Below are positions 1-8,194 of a DNA stretch of 24,512 nt, one piece after another; position 1 is the stretch's first letter; every line of letters begins with the position of its first letter. The DNA is from Candidatus Nomurabacteria bacterium (lineage in GTDB: Bacteria > Patescibacteriota > Minisyncoccia > Phycocordibacterales > PALSA-1337). The stretch is taken from contig CALRCS010000001.1 in NCBI GenBank assembly GCA_943354625.1, forward strand, positions 1 to 24,512, read 5' to 3'. The notes under the pieces are model-generated. The model was not told the origin of the DNA, did no database searches, and saw only the letters and a list, made by a program, of their open reading frames with translations. The position numbers and the translations under genes are program-made.

Positions 1-387
1 ATAGAGATTTCTATTGCCAAGTCCGGTGGTCCAGGAGGTCAAAATGTAAATAAAAGAGAAACAGCTGTGCGTATAGTTCATAAACCTACAGGGCTTTCAG
101 TACATGTGACATCGGAAAGATCTCAAGCACAAAATAAAGAGAGGGCATTGGATATATTAAAGGGTAAACTTTTTAAACAAATGGAAGAAGAAAGAATAGC
201 GAGAGAAAAAGGAATGTATATAAGTAAGATAACAGCCATAGAATGGGGAAATCAGATACGTTCATACGTTTTTCATCCTTATAAAATGGTAAAAGATCAT
301 AGAACAAATGTTGAGACAAGCCAGGTTGATAAAGTTCTTGAAGGTGATATAGATGAGTTTCTCTTTGCTGAAAGAACTATGATATAA
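1..387 (+). CDS. prfB: Peptide chain release factor 2, C-terminal part (5' end outside window)
   Basis: Frame 1 is open from base 1: [27 protein letters not shown] (GGQ motif), then [23 protein letters not shown], typical of RF2. Directly upstream of ftsE. Confidence 0.93.
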   Translation: MEISIAKSGGPGGQNVNKRETAVRIVHKPTGLSVHVTSERSQAQNKERALDILKGKLFKQMEEERIAREKGMYISKITAIEWGNQIRSYVFHPYKMVKDHRTNVETSQVDKVLEGDIDEFLFAERTMI

Positions 388-388
388 T
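380..388 (+). promoter_or_regulatory. Extended -10 promoter (TGaTATAAT) for ftsE, overlapping the prfB stop codon
   Basis: TG 380-381, TATAAT 383-388, ATG at 395 (6-nt spacer), no SD. Confidence 0.6.
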
Positions 389-394
389 CTAGTA

Positions 395-1075
395 ATGATT
401 TATTTTGATAAAGTTAGTAAAATTTACCCAGACCAGTCAGTAGCTCTAGACTCGGTGAGTTTCTCTATAGAGCCAAACGAATTTGTAACCATCGTAGGTC
501 ATTCTGGTGCCGGTAAGACCACATTGATGAAGATGGTTATAGCAGAGGATAGACCTACACAAGGGGCAGTCTTTTTTGAATCAGCAAATATTCACAAACT
601 AGGAAAGGGGCAGATGAATAAACTACGTCGTCGTATCGGTACTGTCTTTCAGGATTTTAGATTGATAGCAAATAAAACAATATATGAAAATATTGCTTTT
701 GCCATGGAGGCATCAGGACGTCTGGATAGTGAAATAAAATCAGACGTTCCACATGTTCTAGAGCTAGTAGATTTGAGTAAAAAAATATGGAATTTCCCAC
801 ATGAACTCTCTGGTGGTGAAAAACAAAGAGTAGCTATAGCGCGTGCTATTGTTAATCAGCCTGATATAATAATTGCCGATGAACCAACTGGAAATCTAGA
901 CCCAATAAACACTCTAGAAATAGTTAAGATTCTTCGAAAGATTCATAAGCTTGGAACAACGGTTATACTCACTACCCACGATAAAGATATAGTAGACGAA
1001 GTTTGTGGTAGAGTTATAACTATGGAAAGAGGTAAAGTAATAAGGGACGATAAACATGGAAAATACGTACTATGA
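395..1075 (+). CDS. ftsE: Cell division ATP-binding protein FtsE
   Basis: Walker A GHSGAGKTT, LSGGEKQRVAIARA, IADEPTGNLD, RRRIGTVFQDFRLI; overlaps ftsX (ATGA). Confidence 0.93.
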   Translation: MIYFDKVSKIYPDQSVALDSVSFSIEPNEFVTIVGHSGAGKTTLMKMVIAEDRPTQGAVFFESANIHKLGKGQMNKLRRRIGTVFQDFRLIANKTIYENIAFAMEASGRLDSEIKSDVPHVLELVDLSKKIWNFPHELSGGEKQRVAIARAIVNQPDIIIADEPTGNLDPINTLEIVKILRKIHKLGTTVILTTHDKDIVDEVCGRVITMERGKVIRDDKHGKYVL

Positions 1076-2028
1076 TATTCACAAACTTTAAAAGAATAAT
1101 TAAATCAGGATTTATAAATTTTTGGAGAAATGGTTTTCTTTCTTTTTCTGCTATCGTCGTTATTACTGTATCCTTAACCGTGTTTGGTGCATTAATTTTC
1201 GGTAGTGCTTTTAGTCGTGCTCTTATAAAAGAAATAAAAAATAAAGTAGATATAAATGTCTATTTTACACTTGATGCACAAGAGTCAGATATTTTTGCTT
1301 TGAGGAAAACAATAGAGGCTTTGCCAGAAGTAAATAAAGTAGAGTACATCTCTCGGGAACAAGCACTAAGTGACTTTAAGGAAAAGTGGAAAGATAATTC
1401 TCTTATGATACAAGGATTGGAGGAAATTGGCTCAAATCCTTTTCCTGCCGCTTTAAATATTAAAGCAAAAGAGCCATCTCAGTATGCTGGTATAGCAACT
1501 TTTTTGGATAGTAAGGGTGCAACTTCCCAGCCTGGTTTGAATATCGTAGATAAAGTGAATTATAATCAAAATAAATTAGTTATAGATCGCCTAGGTAGAA
1601 TTATTCCTGCTGTAGAGAAGTCCGGAACTATTATCGCTATTATCTTTATAATGGTAGCAATTATTATGGTTTTCAATACAGTTAGGATTATAATATTTAC
1701 AGCAAAAGATGAAATATCTGTAATGAAGCTCGTTGGTGCATCAAATTTCTATATTAGAGCACCATTTGTTGTATCTGGTATTATGTACGGTATTTTTTCT
1801 GGAATTTTTACACTAGGTATACTTGGTGTCTTTGCATTCTATAGTGATGCAATGATAGTAAAATTTTCTGGAGTCCAAGGTGTAAATGATTTTTCACTAC
1901 TAGCAAACGTTTTTTCAAGTTATTTTATTCAGAATCTTGGACAAATCTTCGCTATCATTATGGGTTCAGGTATTGTTTTGGGAGCTATATCTAGCTATAT
2001 GGCTGTAAAGAGGTATTTACGAGTTTAA
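1072..2028 (+). CDS. ftsX: Cell division permease FtsX
   Basis: N-terminal TM, extracytoplasmic domain (YISREQAL, NPFPAALNIK), EISVMKLVGASNFYIRAPF motif and three C-terminal TMs. Confidence 0.92.
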   Translation: MIFTNFKRIIKSGFINFWRNGFLSFSAIVVITVSLTVFGALIFGSAFSRALIKEIKNKVDINVYFTLDAQESDIFALRKTIEALPEVNKVEYISREQALSDFKEKWKDNSLMIQGLEEIGSNPFPAALNIKAKEPSQYAGIATFLDSKGATSQPGLNIVDKVNYNQNKLVIDRLGRIIPAVEKSGTIIAIIFIMVAIIMVFNTVRIIIFTAKDEISVMKLVGASNFYIRAPFVVSGIMYGIFSGIFTLGILGVFAFYSDAMIVKFSGVQGVNDFSLLANVFSSYFIQNLGQIFAIIMGSGIVLGAISSYMAVKRYLRV

Positions 2029-2034
2029 AATATT

Positions 2035-2043
2035 TGATACAAT
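2035..2043 (+). promoter_or_regulatory. Extended -10 promoter (TGaTACAAT) for pyrG
   Basis: TACAAT 2038-2043, ATG at 2050 (6-nt spacer). Confidence 0.55.
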
Positions 2044-2049
2044 ACATTT

Positions 2050-3765
2050 ATGAAAAGAAAGACAGTTATGAAAGCAAAGAAAGAACAGAGACGCAAACAC
2101 AGAGATAATCATAAGTATATTTTTGTTATCGGAGGAGTAATGTCTGGAGTGGGAAAGGGTATTGCCGCTTCTTCTCTAGGAACCCTATTGCATGCAAAAG
2201 GCTTTGATGTTAATCTCGCAAAAGTAGATCCTTATCTAAATGTCGATGCTGGAACAATGAACCCCACTGAACACGGTGAGGTTTTTGTTTTAAATTCAGG
2301 GATAGAAACTGACCAGGATATGGGTAACTATGAACGCTTTTTGAATAGAGATCTTATGCGTGAGGATTATATGACTTCCGGAATGGTTTATAAACATGTA
2401 ATTGATAAAGAGAGGAACCTTGGTTATGGTGGAAAGTGTGTAGAAGCTGTACCACATATTCGTGATGAAATAGTTAGTAGATATGAACATGCTGCCAAGA
2501 TAAATGAATCAGAAATTTCAATAATAGAAATAGGTGGAACTGTCGGAGATTATCAAAACATTATGTTTATAGAAGCAGCTCGAGTTCTAAAGATTAAACA
2601 TCCAGATGATGTGATTTTTATTATGGTTAGTTATCTTCCAATTCCAAGTAAGATTGGAGAAATGAAAACTCGCCCAACTCAAAATGCTGTAAATCAATTG
2701 TCTGGTTATGGTGTTCATACCGATATAATCATTGCCCGTTCAGAAGTTCCTGTGGACAAGAAAAGAAAGGAAAAGATAGGCGTAGCTTGCAATATTCCAG
2801 AAGAAAATGTCATCTCTGCGCCAGATATCGATAGTGTTTATGATGTACCATTAAATTTTGAAAAAGATAAAATAGGGGAAATTGTTTTAAAATCTTTAAA
2901 ATTAGAAAAAAGAAGAGGTCCAGGATTAAATGCATGGAAAAAGTTTGCAGATGCTGTAAAAAATACTGAAAAAGAAATAAATATTGCTATAGTCGGTAAA
3001 TATTTTAGTACCGGTGACTTTGTCCTAACTGATTCATACGTTTCAGTTTTGGAGGCTATAAAATATTCTGCATATGCACAAAAAGTAAAGCCAAAGATAC
3101 ATACAATAAACGCAAATGATTTCGAGAAGACAAATCCTGATTACAGTATACTTGATAGTTTTGATGGAATCATCGTCCCAGGTGGATTTGGAGAAAAGGG
3201 AATTGAGGGTAAATTGAACGTTATAAGGTATGCTAGAGAAAATAAGATTCCATATTTTGGTTTATGTTATGGTATGCAACTTATGACTATTGAGTATGCA
3301 AGAAATGTATTGGGACTTGAAGGTGCCCAGACTGCAGAGATTAATCCAAATGCTCCTCATTTAATTATCGATATTATGCCAGATCAAAAGAAGAAACTTT
3401 TGGAGAAGAATTTTGGAGCAAGTATGAGATTGGGTTCATATCCTGCAAAAATAAAAATTGGTACACTCGCCCACACTGCATATAAAAATAGTTCAATAGT
3501 CGAAAGGCATAGACATCGATATGAAGTAAACCCAGAATATATAGAAAGACTTACAAATGCTGGTCTTATTTTTTCTGGAACATCCCCAGATGAGAAGCTT
3601 ATGGAAATTGCAGAATTACCAACTAGTGTCCACCCATTCTTTTTGGGAACACAATTCCATCCAGAATTTCTTGCTAGACCACTTTCCCCACATCCACTTT
3701 TCACACAGTTTATCAAAGCTTCAAAGGACAAGCGTAGCACTGTCCCCGTATGGGGACAAGCGTAG
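2050..3765 (+). CDS. pyrG: CTP synthase
   Basis: GGVMSGVGKG, KVDPYLNVDAGTMNPTEHGEVFV, ETDQDMGNYERF, glutaminase PGGFG, GLCYGMQ (catalytic Cys), ERHRHRYE, QFHPE. Confidence 0.97.
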   Translation: MKRKTVMKAKKEQRRKHRDNHKYIFVIGGVMSGVGKGIAASSLGTLLHAKGFDVNLAKVDPYLNVDAGTMNPTEHGEVFVLNSGIETDQDMGNYERFLNRDLMREDYMTSGMVYKHVIDKERNLGYGGKCVEAVPHIRDEIVSRYEHAAKINESEISIIEIGGTVGDYQNIMFIEAARVLKIKHPDDVIFIMVSYLPIPSKIGEMKTRPTQNAVNQLSGYGVHTDIIIARSEVPVDKKRKEKIGVACNIPEENVISAPDIDSVYDVPLNFEKDKIGEIVLKSLKLEKRRGPGLNAWKKFADAVKNTEKEINIAIVGKYFSTGDFVLTDSYVSVLEAIKYSAYAQKVKPKIHTINANDFEKTNPDYSILDSFDGIIVPGGFGEKGIEGKLNVIRYARENKIPYFGLCYGMQLMTIEYARNVLGLEGAQTAEINPNAPHLIIDIMPDQKKKLLEKNFGASMRLGSYPAKIKIGTLAHTAYKNSSIVERHRHRYEVNPEYIERLTNAGLIFSGTSPDEKLMEIAELPTSVHPFFLGTQFHPEFLARPLSPHPLFTQFIKASKDKRSTVPVWGQA

Positions 3766-3788
3766 CACTGTCCCCGTATGGGGATAAG
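3726..3788. repeat. 28-bp tandem repeat (2 exact copies plus a 7-bp degenerate start) with internal palindromes, REP-like
   Basis: GGACAAGCGTAGCACTGTCCCCGTATGG at 3726-3753 and 3754-3781, then GGATAAG. Hairpin TGTCCCC-GTAT-GGGGACA at 3741-3758. Confidence 0.85.
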
Positions 3789-4035
3789 GCTATATATAAG
3801 GGTTTGAAAAAATGGTTTGAAATAAAAATTTCATTAAAATTTTATCAAAATTTTATACGGATTTTATCAGTGTTTGATAGGCTTATGTCATGTTATAGAG
3901 GTCGATATATAACATTTCAATATTAACGAAACACTCTACTGACGGGTACCAGTAGGGTGTTAGTTGTATAGACATAGTTTATAGCCTATGTTATTGTCTA
4001 GATTGGAATAAAGTCAACATTAACATGGGGGGTAT

Positions 4036-4242
4036 ATGAAAGATGTAGATAAAGTTCTCGAAATACTCGGTAGGTGTGGTCATGAAGGAGGCAGTGTGGT
4101 ATCAAATGGTTCATTTGCCACAATAGAAATCGTACTCACTGATCTTACGCCCGAGCAAGTCGAAATGGTCAATGAAGGAAAGGCTATTTTCAAAATCAGC
4201 ATTGAGCCAAAATCTCAAAGCGGAGGAATGGGGAAATTATGA
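4036..4242 (+). CDS. Hypothetical protein, 68 aa
   Basis: ATG preceded by GGGGGG (SD-like); protein-like composition; coupled by ATGA to the next ORF. No recognisable family. Confidence 0.6.
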   Translation: MKDVDKVLEILGRCGHEGGSVVSNGSFATIEIVLTDLTPEQVEMVNEGKAIFKISIEPKSQSGGMGKL

Positions 4243-4394
4243 AAATTCTTGAGATCATTTGTGGTCTATCAGCCATTGTCCTCTCGTCTATTGGACAGTT
4301 CTATAAAATAGATATTCTATTCATTCCTGCGGGTATTCTATTTTTGATTGCATTCGGCGTGTGGCTTCAGAGTAAAGAACCAAACCGTCTATGA
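4239..4394 (+). CDS. Small two-TM membrane protein, 51 aa (not in ORF track)
   Basis: MKILEIICGLSAIVLSSIGQFYKIDILFIPAGILFLIAFGVWLQSKEPNRL*; ATGA overlap with the upstream stop; GGAGG upstream; followed by a terminator. Confidence 0.65.
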   Translation: MKILEIICGLSAIVLSSIGQFYKIDILFIPAGILFLIAFGVWLQSKEPNRL

Positions 4395-4400
4395 TTTTCC

Positions 4401-4438
4401 AAAAGCCTGATCGTGCTAAGTGTACGACAGGCTTTTTT
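4401..4438. terminator. Probable bidirectional intrinsic terminator between the small-ORF pair and secA
   Basis: AAAAGCCTG-a-TCGT...ACGA-CAGGCTTTTTT: GC stem with an A-tract on one side and a T-tract on the other, between convergent genes. Confidence 0.8.
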
Positions 4439-4449
4439 ATTATTATTTA

Positions 4450-6930
4450 CTATTTATTCACTCCATGACACTTTTTGTATTTCTTCCCAGATCCACAAGG
4501 GCATAAATCATTCCTACCAACCTCATCCTTTTTTGGAGCTTGTTGCACTGCTTTATCACCATCACCGCCACCGATTATCTGAGCTTGTTCGTGTACCTCT
4601 TTCAATTCCACTGCTTCAGGGGTAATAATTCCACCACCCACATGAGGTAAAAGATTTATTATTTGATTATTTATGGCAAGTTGCATTTCACGGAAAAGAC
4701 GAAGACCCTCTTTCTTATATTCTACCAATGGATCTCTTTGGCCATAAGCACGAAGATTCACACTTGAACGAGTATGATCCATCACTTCTAGATGTTCTAC
4801 CCAGAACATATCTATAGCTTGAAGCATAAGTTGACGAACTACTGTTAGAAAACGTTCTTTACCAAGTTGGGCTATTTTATTTTCGATTATTTTATCTAGA
4901 TCGGTATTTACTCCTACAACCTCTCTCATCTTTTCTTCCACTTCATCCAGAGTACCTAGTAGGATTTTTCTACGACGTTCATAAACAGTTTTTCTTTGGT
5001 GGTTTAGAATATCATCATATTCTAGAATATGTTTTCTAGAATCAAAGTTGAATCCTTCGATTTTTGACTGTGCACCCTCAAGAGATCTTGTGATTATACG
5101 ATTCTCAATTGCTTCGTCTTCTGCAACACCTAGTTTACCCATTAGGTTTTTTATAGTATCTGAAGCAAAAATTCTCATCAGTGAATCCTCAAGAGAAACA
5201 AAGAATTGTGTGGCACCTGGGTCACCCTGACGACCAGATCGTCCTCGAAGCTGATTGTCTATACGACGTGCTTCATGCCTCTCTGTTCCTAGAACAAAAA
5301 GTCCACCGACGGATTTTATTTCTTCATAAAGGGTGGGGGATCCTGGGTTTCCACCAAGCCTGATATCCACACCTCGTCCAGCCATGTTTGTTGCAATAGT
5401 TACAGCACCCCTTTTTCCTGCTTGAGCTATAATCTCTCCTTCGCGTTCGTGATTTTTTGCATTTAGAACTTCATGAGGTACTCCTTCGGCATGTAGGAAT
5501 TCTGAAAGAACTTCATTCTTTTCAATTGAAACTGTACCAATGAGGACTGGCTGGCCGGTTTTATTTAATTCTTTTACCTTTTTTGCAATTGCTTTATACT
5601 TACCAATTTCTGTTTGGAATATAAGATCGTTATTGTCCTTTCTTTGTTGGATTTTATTTGTCGGAATTATAATAGTTTCAAGTCCGTACACTTTATAGAA
5701 TTCTTCACTTGATGTTGAAGCTGTACCGGTCATACCTGAAAGCTTTTTATATAATCTAAAGTAATTTTGGAAGGTAATAGAAGCAAAAGTTCTAGACTCC
5801 TTTTGTACAGTCACACCTTCTTTTGCTTCAATAGCCTGATGGAGACCCTCAGACCAACGACGTCCTGGCTGAAGTCTACCTGTGAATGTATCAACGATTA
5901 CTACACTGTCCTCTTTGATAACATACTCAGTGTTTAGATTGAATAAAGCCTTTGCCTTTACTGCGGTTTCTAGGTGGTGTACGTACTTGATTCCTTTTTC
6001 TGTATAAATATTTTCTACACCAAGCTTTTTTTCAGCTTTTTCTATGCCTTTATCTGTAAGAGCTATTGTTTTTTGTTTTTCATCTACGGTATAATCTTCA
6101 TCTTTTATAAAATCTCTTACCATTACTGCAAATATTTGATATAGATTTTCGGAATCTGTTGTGGGCGATGAAATAATAAGAGGGGTACGAGCTTCATCTA
6201 TCAAGATAGAGTCAATCTCGTCGACGATAGCGTAATTGAACTCTCTTTGGCGAAGTGAAGAAGCTTCATATTCTAGATTGTCTCGCAAATAGTCAAAGCC
6301 AAATTCATTGTTTGTTCCATAAGTTATATCTGCCATATAAGCTTCATGACGGGTGACTGGACGTAGATATTCATGAACTACTTTAAATGAACCTAGCTGA
6401 TCACGTTCCGCATCTAGAGACTCCACATGACTAGGGTCATATATAAAGGAACTTTCATGATTTATAACTCCAGTTGTAAGACCTAGGAAATTGTAGATCT
6501 GACCCATCCATACAGCGTCTCGGCGAGAGAGGTAGTCATTTACGGTCACAACATGCACTCCTTTTCCTGTAAGCCCATTTAGATACGCTGGAAGGGTGGC
6601 TACCAGTGTCTTACCTTCTCCTGTACGCATTTCTGCAATACATCCACTATTTAGAATAGCTCCACCTGTTATCTGAACATCAAAATGTCTTTGTTTCAAT
6701 ACTCTTTTTGAGGACTCTCGAACTACAGCAAAAGCTTCTGGGAGTATAGAATCTAGCGTTTGACCCTTTGAAATACGGTCTTTGAACTCTAGTGTCTTAG
6801 CGCGAAGAGCCTCATCTGAAAGGGCAGAAATCGCAGGCTCAAAAGCATTAACGAGGCCTATTATAGGCTCGTATTTCTTAAGTAGTTTCTTATTTGGGTC
6901 TCCAAAGATGTTTTTTATTGAGAATGCCAT
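4450..6930 (-). CDS. secA: Preprotein translocase subunit SecA (probable start ATG 6930; ORF track starts at GTG 6954)
   Basis: AEMRTGEGKTL, VTVNDYLSRRD, VDEIDSILIDEARTPLIIS, IATNMAGRGVDI, RRIDNQLRGRSGRQGDPG, C-terminal SEC-C CPCGSGKKYKKCHG. Confidence 0.97.
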   Translation of the reverse strand: MAFSIKNIFGDPNKKLLKKYEPIIGLVNAFEPAISALSDEALRAKTLEFKDRISKGQTLDSILPEAFAVVRESSKRVLKQRHFDVQITGGAILNSGCIAEMRTGEGKTLVATLPAYLNGLTGKGVHVVTVNDYLSRRDAVWMGQIYNFLGLTTGVINHESSFIYDPSHVESLDAERDQLGSFKVVHEYLRPVTRHEAYMADITYGTNNEFGFDYLRDNLEYEASSLRQREFNYAIVDEIDSILIDEARTPLIISSPTTDSENLYQIFAVMVRDFIKDEDYTVDEKQKTIALTDKGIEKAEKKLGVENIYTEKGIKYVHHLETAVKAKALFNLNTEYVIKEDSVVIVDTFTGRLQPGRRWSEGLHQAIEAKEGVTVQKESRTFASITFQNYFRLYKKLSGMTGTASTSSEEFYKVYGLETIIIPTNKIQQRKDNNDLIFQTEIGKYKAIAKKVKELNKTGQPVLIGTVSIEKNEVLSEFLHAEGVPHEVLNAKNHEREGEIIAQAGKRGAVTIATNMAGRGVDIRLGGNPGSPTLYEEIKSVGGLFVLGTERHEARRIDNQLRGRSGRQGDPGATQFFVSLEDSLMRIFASDTIKNLMGKLGVAEDEAIENRIITRSLEGAQSKIEGFNFDSRKHILEYDDILNHQRKTVYERRRKILLGTLDEVEEKMREVVGVNTDLDKIIENKIAQLGKERFLTVVRQLMLQAIDMFWVEHLEVMDHTRSSVNLRAYGQRDPLVEYKKEGLRLFREMQLAINNQIINLLPHVGGGIITPEAVELKEVHEQAQIIGGGDGDKAVQQAPKKDEVGRNDLCPCGSGKKYKKCHGVNK

Positions 6931-6984
6931 TTGAGTGCGTGGCGAGTACGCCACATGAGTGTTCGACTCTACGAGTCTCCCTCA

Positions 6985-8004
6985 CTATATCACATATTCC
7001 ACTTCAGGTTCAATCTCTATTCCTGTTTTTTCATATACTCCATCTACCATTTTTTGTGCTAGGGCAATGACCTCAGCAGACGTTGCATTTCCCAGATTTA
7101 TAATAACTAATGCTTGATTTTTATATGTACCTACATTACCCTTTTTTACACCACGAAAACCGCAAAGATTGTCTAGAATCCAAGCTACAGGGATTTTTAC
7201 CTTTTTATCATTTAATGGGTGAACTATCATCTCTGGGTATTTTGTTGTAAGCTCTTTTGCTTTTGTTGCAGACACTATGACATTTTTGAAAAATGATCCT
7301 GCACTACCACAGTCGCGCAAATCTGGGAGTTTTTTCTTTCGAATTTCTATTATTGCATCACGTACCTGTTCTAGGTTTGGTTCCTTTATCTTTTTATATG
7401 TAAAATACTCTTTCAGGTCTTTATATTCGTAATTTAATTTTCCCTTTTTATTTAAAATAAAAGTAACAGAGAGTACTACGTATCTCCTTGGGTCTTTTTT
7501 GAAAATACTATTTCTATATGAAAATTTACAGACTTCATTGGAAAGATCCAAGTATTCATCCTTCAGAACATCCAATACATGCACTGTCTCTATCATGTCC
7601 TTCACTTCACTTCCATATGCTCCGATATTCTGCACGGGAGAAGCGCCAACTGTACCAGGAATATATGAAAGGTTTTCAAGACCATAAAATCCTTTTTCAA
7701 CTGTCTCCTTTACTAGGGTATCCCAATCCTCCCCAGAAGCAACCGTTACTTTTACGGTATTACCATCTTCCATATATGTAATTCCTTTCATTTCCATTTT
7801 TATAGCTATACCGGGAAAACCATCATCTGAAACAAGGATATTTGATCCTTTACCAAGAATGAAAAAGGGCAGTTTACTTTTTTTAGAAAAGTTGATTGCC
7901 TCAATCAATTCATCTTTATTTGTAACAATACAAAAAAACCGAGCGGGCCCGCCAATTTTAAATGTCGTATATTCCTTTAGGGATTTTTTCTTTTCTATAA
8001 TCAT
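6985..8004 (-). CDS. murB: UDP-N-acetylmuramate dehydrogenase MurB
   Basis: YTTFKIGGPA, ILGKGSNIL, GLENLSYIPGTVGASPVQNIGAYG, SYRNSIFK, GSAGSFFKN, LEPEV-like C-terminus. Confidence 0.96.
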   Translation of the reverse strand: MIIEKKKSLKEYTTFKIGGPARFFCIVTNKDELIEAINFSKKSKLPFFILGKGSNILVSDDGFPGIAIKMEMKGITYMEDGNTVKVTVASGEDWDTLVKETVEKGFYGLENLSYIPGTVGASPVQNIGAYGSEVKDMIETVHVLDVLKDEYLDLSNEVCKFSYRNSIFKKDPRRYVVLSVTFILNKKGKLNYEYKDLKEYFTYKKIKEPNLEQVRDAIIEIRKKKLPDLRDCGSAGSFFKNVIVSATKAKELTTKYPEMIVHPLNDKKVKIPVAWILDNLCGFRGVKKGNVGTYKNQALVIINLGNATSAEVIALAQKMVDGVYEKTGIEIEPEVEYVI

Positions 8005-8028
8005 ATTGGCGTTTGTTGTAAATTTTAG

Positions 8029-8120
8029 ATTGCGTCGAGTGTTGACGAACGGGTGAAAGCTCCAAATATAATGTCTAAATTAAAATGTGAGTACAGCCGT
8101 TCGTCAACACTTGAAACAAT
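8029..8120. repeat. Long inverted repeat/hairpin in the murB leader
   Basis: AGTGTTGACGAACGG (8038-8052) is the exact reverse complement of CCGTTCGTCAACACT (8097-8111); pairing extends imperfectly to 8029/8120. Confidence 0.85.
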
Positions 8121-8126
8121 ATGTTT

Positions 8127-8156
8127 ATTATAGCAAAAAGTCAATGAATTATACAA
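8127..8156 (-). promoter_or_regulatory. Sigma70 promoter for murB(-secA)
   Basis: Minus strand TTGTAT-N18-TATAAT with extended TG (TGcTATAAT at 8135-8127); predicted +1 near 8120. Confidence 0.6.
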
Positions 8157-8164
8157 TTGTATAA
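8149..8164. promoter_or_regulatory. Perfect 16-bp palindrome, candidate operator between divergent murB and kinase promoters
   Basis: TTATACAATTGTATAA equals its own reverse complement. Confidence 0.55.
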
Positions 8165-8194
8165 AATGAGTCCTTTTTATGTTAGAATTAAATT

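Noticed and set aside
3726-3788. CRISPR array interpretation of the 28-bp repeats
   Set aside because: Repeats abut with no spacers, only two copies, no cas genes in the window.
6956-6984. tRNA T-loop-like GTTCGACTC
   Set aside because: Flanks do not form a T-stem or cloverleaf; no acceptor stem or CCA.
8042-8072. TTGACG-N19-TATAAT as the kinase promoter (MerR-like spacing)
   Set aside because: A better-placed extended -10 lies 6 nt before the kinase start and no MerR gene is in the window; kept only as a note within the hairpin finding.
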